Assembly (NCBI GenBank): GCA_044224215.1
Contig: JBGAKX010000007.1
Span: 2,020-66,019, forward strand
Direction: 5' to 3'
DNA from: Blastocatellia bacterium
GTDB taxonomy: Bacteria > Acidobacteriota > Blastocatellia > UBA7656 > JADIYM01
DNA length: 64,000 nucleotides
The position numbers were made by a program, and so were the translations under genes. Shown here in pieces: positions 1-9,800 of the stretch. The notes under the pieces were generated by a model that was not told the DNA's origin, did no database searches, and worked only from the letters and a program-made list of their open reading frames with translations. Every line of letters begins with the position of its first letter. The stretch's first letter is position 1.

Positions 1-383
1 ATGATTTCGCTGTAGAACTCGATCAGGATTCCGCAGTTCGTACAGATCAGGTGGTCGTGGTGCGCGTGCTTGAAGTCGTGCTCGTAGAGCATCCGGCCGT
101 CGTAGTACTGCACGTTGCGCGCAAGCCCGCACTCCTGCAACAGCTTCAGCGTCCTGTACACCGTCGTGAAGCCGACCGATGCGTCGTGGGTCTTTACGAG
201 CTCGTACAGGTCCTCGCTGCTGACGTGGTCTTCCGTGCCGAGGAACACATCGAGGATCAGGTCGCGCTGGGCCGTCCGCTTCAGGCCCGACCGCTTGATG
301 TGTTCGTGGAATACGCGAACTTCTTCGCGCTCTTCGGCGAGCTCGTCAGTCTTTGCGCGAGGCCGTTCGTTCGACCGGTTCAT
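1..383 (-). CDS. Fur family transcriptional regulator, C-terminal part cut by the window edge
   Basis: The reverse-strand translation begins [46 protein letters not shown]... and carries the [11 protein letters not shown] metal-binding motif typical of Fur/Zur/PerR. The start codon is at 381-383. Confidence 0.8.
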   Translation of the reverse strand, partial: MNRSNERPRAKTDELAEEREEVRVFHEHIKRSGLKRTAQRDLILDVFLGTEDHVSSEDLYELVKTHDASVGFTTVYRTLKLLQECGLARNVQYYDGRMLYEHDFKHAHHDHLICTNCGILIEFYSEI

Positions 384-490
384 TCGACACTGTTCCCAAT
401 CGCGAGCTGAGAATTCCCCGCGATACTACCACAGGCGCACGCTGGCGCGACGTGCCGCGGCGCGCGTGCGGCCGTGCTAGACTGACCGCG

Positions 491-1057
491 ATGTTGCGTC
501 TCCGATCCACCATTCTTGTATGCGCTCTCCTCGCGGCGTGCGTGCCGGCAACGGCGTCCGCACAGACGATCGGACGGGCGGGCGACGTGCTCGAGTTCGG
601 GCTCCCGCGTGTCGCGTCGGTGTCGACGGAAGACGTCGTCGTCGAGGTGCCGGTCCGGCTGCGGCCGATCGGCGTCGGCGGAACGATCGAACACGTCGTC
701 TTCACGGACATGCGGTTGAACGGCATTCCGTTCGAAGTCGAGAACTACGACACGCAATTCGACCTGCCTGCCGATGCGCCGGTCGATCTGCCGCAACCGC
801 TGCGGCTTCGTGCGAATTTCGCGAATGTGGCGCCGGGCGTGCTCGGCGAGGCGATCATGCCGAGCGATACGCTCAATCTGACCGGACGCGTGCTCGTGGC
901 GGGCACCTTCCGCAAATGGGTGTTCTCGTTCCATCGCACGGCCGAGATGCGCATCGACGAAACAGGCCCGAATCCACTGGCGGAGTATCACCCGCTGCGC
1001 GTCGTGCTCGAGCACCTCCAGGATCTCGACAAGCTCGGAATTCACCTGCCGTTCTAG
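491..1057 (+). CDS. hypothetical secreted protein
   Basis: Open frame with an N-terminal signal peptide, MLRLRSTILVCALLAACVPATASA. I recognise no conserved domain. Confidence 0.5.
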   Translation: MLRLRSTILVCALLAACVPATASAQTIGRAGDVLEFGLPRVASVSTEDVVVEVPVRLRPIGVGGTIEHVVFTDMRLNGIPFEVENYDTQFDLPADAPVDLPQPLRLRANFANVAPGVLGEAIMPSDTLNLTGRVLVAGTFRKWVFSFHRTAEMRIDETGPNPLAEYHPLRVVLEHLQDLDKLGIHLPF

Positions 1058-1067
1058 GGATCCTGCT

Positions 1068-1373
1068 TCAGGCCGCGGCGCCACGGGAGCGCCGGCGGGC
1101 CGAACGCCGGCGCGGATTGCACCGCAATGGATCGATCCACGCGTCCGGCTCGAACCGAATGTATGCGTACTCGATCAGGCTCCAGACGATCTGGCGCCGG
1201 GACTCGAGATAGTCCCCCGCAAACCGTCGGCCGAGCAGTACCAGCGCTTCGTCGAGCGTGATCGACTCGAATTTGGCCAGCCGGTCCACCTCGAATACCC
1301 AGGCGCCGGCCGACAGCGTCTTCAGTCGGTCGGCGAGCTTTTCGCTCGCAGCCTCGTGCGTTTCCGCGTGCAT
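1068..1373 (-). CDS. hypothetical protein, about 101 aa
   Basis: Clean ORF starting MHAETHEAASEKLADRLKTL, divergent from the crotonase operon. No recognisable domain. Confidence 0.4.
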   Translation of the reverse strand: MHAETHEAASEKLADRLKTLSAGAWVFEVDRLAKFESITLDEALVLLGRRFAGDYLESRRQIVWSLIEYAYIRFEPDAWIDPLRCNPRRRSARRRSRGAAA

Positions 1374-1464
1374 CGCGAACCGTCGATTCGGGGGATCAGG
1401 GACCGTTCGTGGAGGGGGGCAGTCAGCAGGAACAGGGGCGTACTGTAGCACATGGACCCCCCAG

Positions 1465-1493
1465 TTGACACCCCCCGGGGGGTCCAATAGAAT
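1465..1493 (+). promoter_or_regulatory. consensus sigma-70 promoter: TTGACA, 17-nt spacer, TAGAAT
   Basis: TTGACA at 1465-1470, a 17-nt spacer containing the palindrome CCCCCCGGGGGG, and TAGAAT at 1488-1493. It is followed by GGAGGAG (1516-1522) and the ATG at 1527. Confidence 0.6.
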
Positions 1494-1526
1494 CCCCGGC
1501 TCTCGTGACGAGCCCGGAGGAGACAC

Positions 1527-2360
1527 ATGGCCACCGAAGCGCACTCCGTGCGCGCTGAATCGATGCCGAACGGACTTGTTCGCTATGCGACGGAGGGGGG
1601 CATCGCCACGATCGAGCTCTTCGCTCCGCCGGCAAACACCTATTCGTATGACATGAACCGGGACCTCGACGAGGCCATCCTGCGTGCCCGGATGGACGAA
1701 TCGGTCCACGTCATCGTGCTACGCGGCGCGGGCGAGAAGTTCTTCTGCGCCGGCGCCGACATCTCGATGCTGAATTCGGTCACGCCGCAGTTCAAGTACT
1801 ACTTCTGCCTGCACGCGAACGAGACCCTCAACCGGCTCGAACAGACGCCAAAGCTCGTGATTGCGGCTCTCAACGGCCACACGGTTGGAGGCGGCATGGA
1901 GATCGCCATGGCGGCCGACATGCGGATTGCGCGGAAGGGCGCCGGGAAGATGGGGCTCCCCGAAGTCTCGCTCGGCGTGCTGCCGGGCACCGGCGGGACG
2001 CAACGGCTCGCGCGACTCGTCGGCAAGGCCCGCGCGATCGAGCTCATGGCGACCGGCGAGCTCTTTTCGTTTGAAACAGCCGCCGAGTACGGCGTGGTCA
2101 ACAAGGTGGTCGAAACCGATAGTTGCGACGCGTTCATGGACGAGGTGTATGTGACCGCCCGCACGTTTGTGCCTCCGGCCCGAGCGGCGATGGCCGTCGG
2201 ACGGATCAAGCGCGCGGTTCAGACCGGTCTCGAAGTCGGATTCGAAGCCGGTCTCGCGCTCGAGCGCGAACTGCAGCAGCAATTGTTCACGTCCTCGGAC
2301 GCCGCCGAGGGAATCCGCGCGTACGTCGAGAAGCGCAAGGCCGAATTCAAGGGGCAATAG
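1527..2360 (+). CDS. enoyl-CoA hydratase/isomerase (crotonase family)
   Basis: Crotonase-fold motifs FCAGADI, GGGMEIA and the C-terminal AEGIRAYVEKRKAEF. Confidence 0.88.
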   Translation: MATEAHSVRAESMPNGLVRYATEGGIATIELFAPPANTYSYDMNRDLDEAILRARMDESVHVIVLRGAGEKFFCAGADISMLNSVTPQFKYYFCLHANETLNRLEQTPKLVIAALNGHTVGGGMEIAMAADMRIARKGAGKMGLPEVSLGVLPGTGGTQRLARLVGKARAIELMATGELFSFETAAEYGVVNKVVETDSCDAFMDEVYVTARTFVPPARAAMAVGRIKRAVQTGLEVGFEAGLALERELQQQLFTSSDAAEGIRAYVEKRKAEFKGQ

Positions 2361-2363
2361 CAC

Positions 2364-3152
2364 ATGGCATATGAATGCGTCATCGTCGAAACCAACGGTC
2401 CGGTCGGCCGGCTGACGCTGAACCGTCCCGAGAAGCTGAATGCTTTCGCAGGCCCGATGCGCGACGAGATCTTTGATGCGCTCGCCGAGCTCGATAGACC
2501 GGACGTCCGCGTCGTTGTCATCACGGGCGCCGGGCGCGGGTTCTGCTCGGGCGCCGACATCAACTACCTCAAGGAGCTGCTTGCGGCAAACGACACCGAC
2601 AATTTTGCGAAGCTGCTCGACGCGGGCCGCCGGGTTGTGACGCGAATTCGGGAAATGTCGGCGCCCGTCATCGCGTCCGTCAACGGGCCCGCCGCCGGCG
2701 GCGGTCTGAACCTTGCGCTCGCATGCGACATCCGCATCGCGTCCGAGACCGCGACGTTCGGCCAGACGTTCACGCGTATCGGGCTTGCTCCCGACTGGGG
2801 CGGTCTCCATTTTCTGCCGCGCCTTGTCGGCGAGTCGCGCGCGATCGAGCTGATGATGACGGGCGACGTGATCGGCGCGCACGATGCGCTGCGGATCGGG
2901 CTCGTCAACCGCGTCGTGCCGCTCCACGAACTCGCGGAGGAGACCGAGAAGCTGGCGACGCTGCTCGCTTCGCGATCTCCGCGCTCGATGCGCGCGATCA
3001 AGCAGGGTGTTTACGCCAGCGGAACCCGCACGCTTGCCGAATCCATCGACGCCGAGAATTCCTTCCAGCTCGAGTGCTTTGCGTCTGACGACGCCCGTGA
3101 GGGCGTCGCGGCATTCTTCGAGAAACGGCCGCCGCAGTTCCGGGGCCAGTAA
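2364..3152 (+). CDS. enoyl-CoA hydratase/isomerase (crotonase family), paralog 2
   Basis: LTLNRPEKLNA, GAGRGFCSGADI and AAGGGLNLALACDIRIA are crotonase signatures. Confidence 0.88.
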   Translation: MAYECVIVETNGPVGRLTLNRPEKLNAFAGPMRDEIFDALAELDRPDVRVVVITGAGRGFCSGADINYLKELLAANDTDNFAKLLDAGRRVVTRIREMSAPVIASVNGPAAGGGLNLALACDIRIASETATFGQTFTRIGLAPDWGGLHFLPRLVGESRAIELMMTGDVIGAHDALRIGLVNRVVPLHELAEETEKLATLLASRSPRSMRAIKQGVYASGTRTLAESIDAENSFQLECFASDDAREGVAAFFEKRPPQFRGQ

Positions 3153-3176
3153 CAATCACATCGCCAGCCAGGGGTT

Positions 3177-4031
3177 ATGGGAACTATCGAGAGCATTGCA
3201 GTCATCGGCGCCGGAACGATGGGTCATGGAATCGCCCACGTGTCGGCCGTTGCGGGATATCGTGTCGGCCTGTTCGACGCCGTCGAAGGAGCAGCCGGGC
3301 GAGGGCTCGAGCGTGTCCGCGACAATCTCGACAAGGGGATCTCGCGCGGCAAGGTAACCGAAGCCGAGCGCGACGCGGCGCTCTCGCGCCTGAGAGCGTG
3401 CGCGACGCTTGGCGATGCGGTCCGCGACGCCGATCTCGTGATCGAGGCGGCGCCCGAATCGATGGACATCAAGGCGCCGCTGTTTCGGGATCTGGACAAG
3501 CTTGCGCCGCCGGCTTCGATCCTCGCTACGAACACGTCGTCGTTGTCTATCGACAGAATCGCTGGTGAAACGACGCGACCTTCGCAGGTCATCGGCATGC
3601 ACTTCTTCAACCCGGTGCACGTCATGAAGCTGCTCGAGGTCGTGGTTCACGATCGAACGGCCGACGAAACGAAGGCGAGTGTTCTCGACGTGGCGCACCG
3701 CCTCGGGAAGGAACCGATCGTCGTTCGCGACGCGCCGGGATTTGCCTCGAGCCGTCTTGGCATCGCGCTCGGGCTGGAAGCCATGCGCATGCTCGAACAG
3801 GGCGTGGCGTCGGCTGCCGACATCGACAAGGCCATGGAGCTCGGCTACAACCATCCGATGGGTCCGCTCAGGCTGACGGATCTGGTCGGTCTCGATGTGC
3901 GGCTCAGCATCGCGGAGTATCTTCACAAGGAGCTCGGCTCCGAATCGTTCCGCCCACCCGAGCTGCTCCGTCGAATGGTCGCCGAGGGAAAACTCGGCAA
4001 GAAGTCCGGCGAGGGCTTCTACAGCTGGTGA
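3177..4031 (+). CDS. hbd: 3-hydroxyacyl-CoA (3-hydroxybutyryl-CoA) dehydrogenase
   Basis: Rossmann motif IAVIGAGTMGHGIA followed by FFNPVHVMKLLEVV, the Hbd/FadB N-terminal and C-terminal domain pattern. Confidence 0.9.
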   Translation: MGTIESIAVIGAGTMGHGIAHVSAVAGYRVGLFDAVEGAAGRGLERVRDNLDKGISRGKVTEAERDAALSRLRACATLGDAVRDADLVIEAAPESMDIKAPLFRDLDKLAPPASILATNTSSLSIDRIAGETTRPSQVIGMHFFNPVHVMKLLEVVVHDRTADETKASVLDVAHRLGKEPIVVRDAPGFASSRLGIALGLEAMRMLEQGVASAADIDKAMELGYNHPMGPLRLTDLVGLDVRLSIAEYLHKELGSESFRPPELLRRMVAEGKLGKKSGEGFYSW

Positions 4032-4055
4032 ATGGTGAATACTGAAAGGACTCAT

Positions 4056-4832
4056 ATGTACGAGAACGTCATCCTCGAGCGAAAGGGCCGCGTTGCGGTC
4101 ATCACGATCAACCGTCCGGACAAGATGAACGCGCTCAACCACGCGACGCGCAACGACATCACCGCCGCGTTCGACGAGCTGCGCAACGACGAGTCGGTCC
4201 GAGTCGTCGTCGTCACCGGCGCCGGCGAGAAGGCCTTCATCGCGGGCGCCGACATCGCCGAATTTGCCGGCCGCACGGCGCACCAGCAGCGCGGCGTGAT
4301 GCAGACGATGCGCGTGTTCACCGTTGTCGAGGACTTTCCGAAACCCGTCATCGCCGCGATCAACGGCTTCTGTCTTGGCGGGGGCTGCGAACTTGCGCTC
4401 GGCTGCGACATCCGCATTGCCTCGAGCAAGGCAAAGCTCGGCCAGCCCGAAATCAACCTTGGCATCATTCCCGGAGGCGGCGGCACGCAACGGCTCACGC
4501 GGCTCGTCGGCGAGGGCAAGTCGATGGAGCTGATTCTCACGGGCAAACTGATCGGCGCGGCCGAAGCGCTCGCGATCGGGCTGGTGAACGAAGTGTGCGA
4601 GCCCGAGGCATTGATGGATCACGTGATGGAGATCGCAAACGCCATCGCGGAGAAGAGCCCGATTGCGCTGCAGGCTGCAAAGGAGGCGGTCAAGACGGCG
4701 GCTCGCGCGAACCTGCGCGAAGGCCTCGACCGCGAGATCGACCTGTTTGCGCTCTGCTTTGCAAGCGAGGACAAGGAAGAGGGCGTTACGGCGTTCCTCG
4801 AGAAGCGGAAACCTGAATTCAAGGGGCGGTAG
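4056..4832 (+). CDS. enoyl-CoA hydratase (short-chain, crotonase), paralog 3
   Basis: MYENVILERKGRVAVITINRPDKMNAL, GAGEKAFIAGADI and GGGCELALGCDIRIA. An AAAGGA ribosome-binding site precedes the ATG at 4056; an alternative start lies at 4032. Confidence 0.88.
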   Translation: MYENVILERKGRVAVITINRPDKMNALNHATRNDITAAFDELRNDESVRVVVVTGAGEKAFIAGADIAEFAGRTAHQQRGVMQTMRVFTVVEDFPKPVIAAINGFCLGGGCELALGCDIRIASSKAKLGQPEINLGIIPGGGGTQRLTRLVGEGKSMELILTGKLIGAAEALAIGLVNEVCEPEALMDHVMEIANAIAEKSPIALQAAKEAVKTAARANLREGLDREIDLFALCFASEDKEEGVTAFLEKRKPEFKGR

Positions 4833-4859
4833 CGGGCCGCACACACTGGTGAGAATGGA

Positions 4860-5456
4860 ATGGCTACTCTGAAGAACAATCGATGGGCATCGCTCGTCGC
4901 CACAATGCTGCTCGCCGCCGCTGCCATGTGCGCCGCGGCGTGCGAACCTGCAAACACCGCGGCGCCCGGTGGAAACACGGCCGCGCAGAACGCCTCGAAC
5001 GCCCCTGTCGCCGCGACGAATGCCGCGCCGACGGCGCCGGGCACGATGCAGCCGCCGCTCGGCAGCGAGGACAACATCGAAGGAACCGTGGTAGGCCTGA
5101 TCTGCTACAAGGAGAATCCCAAGGCCCCGCCCGAGAAGCTGGCCGAATGCGCCAAGGCAAACCTCGAGAAGGGCGGCTACCTCGGGGTACTGGGCGCGGA
5201 CGGAACGCTCTACATCAACGCCGACGCGGACGTGCGCGTGAACAACGCGCAGTTGCGCGACTTTGTCGGCCAGCAGGTCACCGTCCAGGGCCAGATGATT
5301 GGCGACGCTCCCCAGCTCAGCTGGGAGGGTGTCACCGTCAAGAAGTTCAAGATGAAGCTCGTTCGTCGAAAGGGACCGCCCCCGGCGGGAACGCCCAAGA
5401 ACATGACGAACACTGGCCAGGCCGGCGGCGCGCCGCCCCCTGTGAAGAAGCCCTGA
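4860..5456 (+). CDS. Ala/Pro-rich lipoprotein, hypothetical
   Basis: Signal peptide with a lipobox-like LLAAAAMCAAAC, low-complexity A/P/N-rich linkers, and a conserved-looking central block. Confidence 0.5.
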   Translation: MATLKNNRWASLVATMLLAAAAMCAAACEPANTAAPGGNTAAQNASNAPVAATNAAPTAPGTMQPPLGSEDNIEGTVVGLICYKENPKAPPEKLAECAKANLEKGGYLGVLGADGTLYINADADVRVNNAQLRDFVGQQVTVQGQMIGDAPQLSWEGVTVKKFKMKLVRRKGPPPAGTPKNMTNTGQAGGAPPPVKKP

Positions 5457-5575
5457 AGGACGTGCGACCGCACGTGCCGATCGTGTCGGGAACCGTGGAT
5501 TGACATGGTTCCCGACGGTCGGTACAGTGCGGCGTCCTTGCGAGACCGAATCATCTGTTGGAGGCAGCACGAGCC

Positions 5576-6166
5576 GTGAGCATCAAGTCAGACGTATGGA
5601 TCGAGCGCATGTGCGAAGAGGCCGACCTTATCAAGCCCTTCATGCGCGAGCTCGTGCGAGCGGTCGATGATCGCCGGATCATCAGTGCGGGATTGTCGAG
5701 TTACGGGTACGACTGCCGGCTCGCCCGCGACGAATTCAAGGTCTTCTCGCCGATCACAGGGACCGAGATCGATCCCAAGCGCTTCGACGTCAACACGCTG
5801 CTTGATGTACCGCTTAAGACCGACGAGCAGGGCGCCGAGTACTGGCTGCTGCCGCCCCACTCCTACGCGCTCGGCGTTACGATCGAGACGTTCACGATTC
5901 CGCGCAACGTCACGTGCATCGCTCTTGGAAAGAGCACGTATGCTCGCTGCGGTCTGATCGTCAACACGACGCCCCTCGAGGCCAACTGGCGCGGACGGCT
6001 GGTGGTCGAGCTCTACAACGCTGCCAATCTTCCCGTACGGTTGTACGCCGAGGAAGGCTTCGTTCAGATCCTCTTCTTCGAGTCGGACGAGGAATGCCGC
6101 ACGTCGTATGCCGACCGGGCCGGCAAGTACCAGGGGCAGACGGGGCTCACGCTGCCGAAGCTCTAG
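5576..6166 (+). CDS. dcd: dCTP deaminase
   Basis: VSIKSDVWIERM...GYDCRLA...GLIVNTTPLEANWRGRLVVELYN is collinear with E. coli Dcd. It uses a GTG start; a TTG at 5558 is the alternative. Confidence 0.85.
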   Translation: MSIKSDVWIERMCEEADLIKPFMRELVRAVDDRRIISAGLSSYGYDCRLARDEFKVFSPITGTEIDPKRFDVNTLLDVPLKTDEQGAEYWLLPPHSYALGVTIETFTIPRNVTCIALGKSTYARCGLIVNTTPLEANWRGRLVVELYNAANLPVRLYAEEGFVQILFFESDEECRTSYADRAGKYQGQTGLTLPKL

Positions 6167-6747
6167 GGCGTCAGCCCGCCCGGCACCGGCGCTCCCGGCA
6201 GATTTGGTATCCGCGGGAAGTTCGGCGTTTCGGATGCGGCACGGGTCCTGACTTCGTCCAGCGTAAACACGACGTTCGCCTTTGACAGGTCGAGGTCGAC
6301 GATCTTCCATTGGCGGTTCGGCATGCGGGTCATCGTGATCACGGTGGTCGACCCGTCGGACGCGTTCTTCAACGTCACGACCGCGCCGTCGTTCACGTAT
6401 GACACCGAGTCGATCGACATCGCGAGCACCGGCGCACTCGTGGGGTCGGCAAGACTGTCGTCGAGCCGCTCGCGGATGATCTGGCCGGCCGCCGGAATCA
6501 GCGAGTCCGTCGCATGCTTGGACATGATCCGAGGGCCGGCCGGGATTCCTCCCACCGCTCGATCCACGGCGTGCGAGACGACCTGTGTCACGTCAAAGTG
6601 CTGATTGAATGTCTCGCGGTCGCCCGCGAGCGCGGCCCGGCGCATCAGGTACAGCGAATACTGCGGCGTTCCGGCGATGTAGTACACCGTGCCGAAGATC
6701 GCCACTACCAGACCAGCCGCCACCGCGGCCATGACTTTCCACTTCAT
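6163..6747 (-). CDS. membrane-anchored hypothetical protein
   Basis: Starts MKWKVMAAVAAGLVVAIFG with an N-terminal transmembrane anchor, then a periplasmic domain of unknown function. Confidence 0.5.
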   Translation of the reverse strand: MKWKVMAAVAAGLVVAIFGTVYYIAGTPQYSLYLMRRAALAGDRETFNQHFDVTQVVSHAVDRAVGGIPAGPRIMSKHATDSLIPAAGQIIRERLDDSLADPTSAPVLAMSIDSVSYVNDGAVVTLKNASDGSTTVITMTRMPNRQWKIVDLDLSKANVVFTLDEVRTRAASETPNFPRIPNLPGAPVPGGLTP

Positions 6748-6896
6748 CGACAAACCTCACGCTCCGTCACGAGTCAAACGTATCTCGCAAACGACGTATT
6801 GTGTCGGACCGTGGTCGCGGCGGCAAGGGGACACACGAACGGCGAGCCGGGTGTCGAATGCTCGCGTGTGTTACGCGTACAAGGCTGCACAGATCC

Positions 6897-9800
6897 TCAG
6901 CCCGCGGCCTGCTCCAGCAAGTCCTGCAGCTCGTCGAATCGATAGCTCTTGATGAGAGAGGCGAGCTGCAGCGCGAGCGCCGCATCGTGCGATTCCAGGA
7001 GCTGGACAAGCCGCGACGCCTGTTCGACATCGCCTTTGACGACCGCGTCGCTCAGCTTCGACAGCCATTCGACGGGAAGCTCGCGCAGGCTCTCGGGTGG
7101 CACGATCCCAGTCGACGCGGAGCCAGGTGATTGTTGTGTCGACGTGCCGGTTCGAAGGAATCGCGCGCCAAGGTGTTTGGCCAGCTTCTCGAAGAGCGCG
7201 TCTTCCCGAAACGGCTTGGTAAGAAAATCGTCGCAACCGGCCATCAGGATCTCTTCGCGCTCGTGTTCGAACGCACTCGCGGTCAACGAGATGATGACCG
7301 TGCGTGCTCCGTTTCCGACGTCGAGCGCGCCAAGCATCTCGCGTTCGAGCCGCCTGATCTCGGTCGTGGCGGCGCGTCCGTCCATCACCGGCATCCGCAT
7401 GTCCATGAGGATCGCGTGCGGCTGCCAGTTCGTCCAGACGGCGATCGCATCGCGGCCGTCCTCGGCCTCTCCAACCGTAAACCCGACGGCCGAGAGAAGC
7501 TTGATCAGAAGCTCCCTGTTCCGAGGCGCGTCGTCGACGACGAGGATCTTGAACTCCCGCTGGCCGGGCTCGAGCTCGAGGATCGCGCGGCGACCTTCCG
7601 AGAGGTCCGCATCCTCGGCGCTCGGCAGCTCGACGTCAAACCGGAACGTCGTGCCCTTGCCAAACGTGCTCTCGACTCCGATATGGCCGCCCATCATCTC
7701 GACAAAGTTGCGGCTGATCGCGAGCCCGAGACCCGTGCCTTCCTTCGCGCGCCTCCCGCTCTCGGACTGGACGAACGGCTCGAACAACGTCCCGAGCTCA
7801 TCCTCCGCAACGCCGACGCCCGTGTCCGACACCGTGAACTCCGCGATTCCGTCGCGCCACGATGCGGCGAGCGTCACCGTTCCCTGCTCGGTGAACTTGA
7901 CGGCGTTTCCAAGCAGGTTGATCAGCACCTGGCGTAGCTTTCCTTCATCGCCGAGCACCTGCCTCGGCAGCGCGTCGCCCTTTGCGACGACGAGCCGCAA
8001 TCGCTTTGCCCGCGTGCGGCCTCGCAGCATGGCCTCGACGCCGTCGATCGTCCGGTGCAGATCGAAGGGCTCGACGGAGAGCGACAGCTTGCCGGCCTCG
8101 ATCTTTGATAGCGACAGCACGTCGTTGATCAGGTGCAGCAGATGCTCGCCGCTCGACATGATCGCGCTCAAATGGTCGCGCTGATCGACCGTGAGCGTCG
8201 GGTCACGCTCGAGCAGCTGCGCGAAACCGAGTACGGCATTCAGAGGCGTCCGCAGCTCGTGGCTCATGCTCGACAGGAAGACGCTCTTTGCGTGGCTCGC
8301 GTCGAGCGCCTTGTCCTTTGCGGCGATGGCCTCGGCCTTTGCACGTTGCGCGTTCCGCTCGGCGGTTCGCAACTGGTCGACGGCGAGCGCCAGCTCGTCC
8401 GCCTTCTCGCGCGTGATTGCCTCCGAATGGCGCAACTGGTCAACCTTTGCCGCGAGCTCGGCTGTCTGCTCGCTCACCGTCGCCTCGAGCAGCTCGGTGC
8501 GATGCCGGAGCGTGTGCAATCGCCACTGGACGCCGCCATAGGCGGCTCCCATCGCCGCGCCGGCGTACCCGAGGTACGCCCACCACGTTCGCCACGGCGC
8601 GCGCCGGACCTCGAACCCGACGGATTCGGGTCCCGTGACGTTCCCGGCATAGTCGCGCCCCCACACCCGAAACGAGTATGTGCCAGCCGGGAGATTCGTA
8701 TAGGTACGCTTCCACTCGGGAGACCAGTCCGATGGAACCTCGTCGAATCCGCACAGTTGCGTGCGATACCGGGTGTCGGATTCGCGGAAGTAGCTCAACA
8801 GGTCGAACGTGAAGACGATGTCGCTCTGGTTGTGTTCGAGCGACTGGTTGTTCGCAAGCGTCCTGCGCCGGCCGCGTCCGTACACGGCATTGACGTGGAG
8901 CGGTTTTGTGACGCGGTCCTCGACCTCGCTGTACGGGTCGAACATCGCGGCGCCCGCAACGGTGCCGACCCACAGCCGGCCCTTCGAATCGACGAGACCG
9001 GCGTTTGCGTTGCACTCGTTGCTCGGCAGGCCGTCGTCGGTGGTGAATACGTAGACGGTGAACGAATCGCTCCCGTCCGGTGTCAGGCGCGCGACGCCCT
9101 TGTTCGTCGCGACATAGACGCGGCCGAGCGCATCCGACAGGATCTTGTACACCGTGTTGTTGGGAAGCGCGGGCTGGGTTTCGTCCGAAATCGTCCGCCA
9201 GCCTCGCCGTTCGTCGTCGAGATCGAGCCGTGCGATTCCTGCGCCGAGCGTGCCCGCCCACAGCTCCCGCGCGCCATCGGCGAAACACACTTCGCGAAGG
9301 CAGACCACGGCGTTGTTCGGAAAGCCGCTCGACGTATTGAACGATGTGATCCGTTCGCCTTCGAGCCGCGCGAGCCCGCCGCCGTTCGTGCCGATCCAGA
9401 TGATCTCGGCCCCATTCGATGCGCGCGTCGCGGCCAGCGACGTGACGTAGAGATGAGGCAACCCGTCGTCAATCCCATACCTCCGCCACACGCCACGCTC
9501 GCGGCGAGCCACGCCGGCATCCGAACCGACCCACAGGACGTTCGATCCGTCAGCTGCGGTCGTCGTCAGAAAGCAGCTGACGCTCGTGCCTTCGGCGATC
9601 CCGGCGATCGCGAGCGACTGCGCGTGTCCGTCGTCGATCGTAACGGCGCCGCCAGGCGACGTGCCGGCATACACTTCGGTGCCGGTCCCACCCACCGTGG
9701 CGTGCAGCGACAGGACGATCGGACTCGGGAGGCCCTGCCCGACGCCAACGGACGACCACGCTCCGTCAAACCGGGCCAAGCCCTCGTCAGTGCCGAACAG

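Noticed and set aside
1719-3155. 478-aa minus-strand ORF antisense to the first two crotonase genes
   Set aside because: High-GC antisense artefact with no domain signal.
3156-5570. 804-aa minus-strand ORF antisense to hbd, the third crotonase and the lipoprotein gene
   Set aside because: R/G/A-rich nonsense translation that overlaps three confidently assigned + strand genes.
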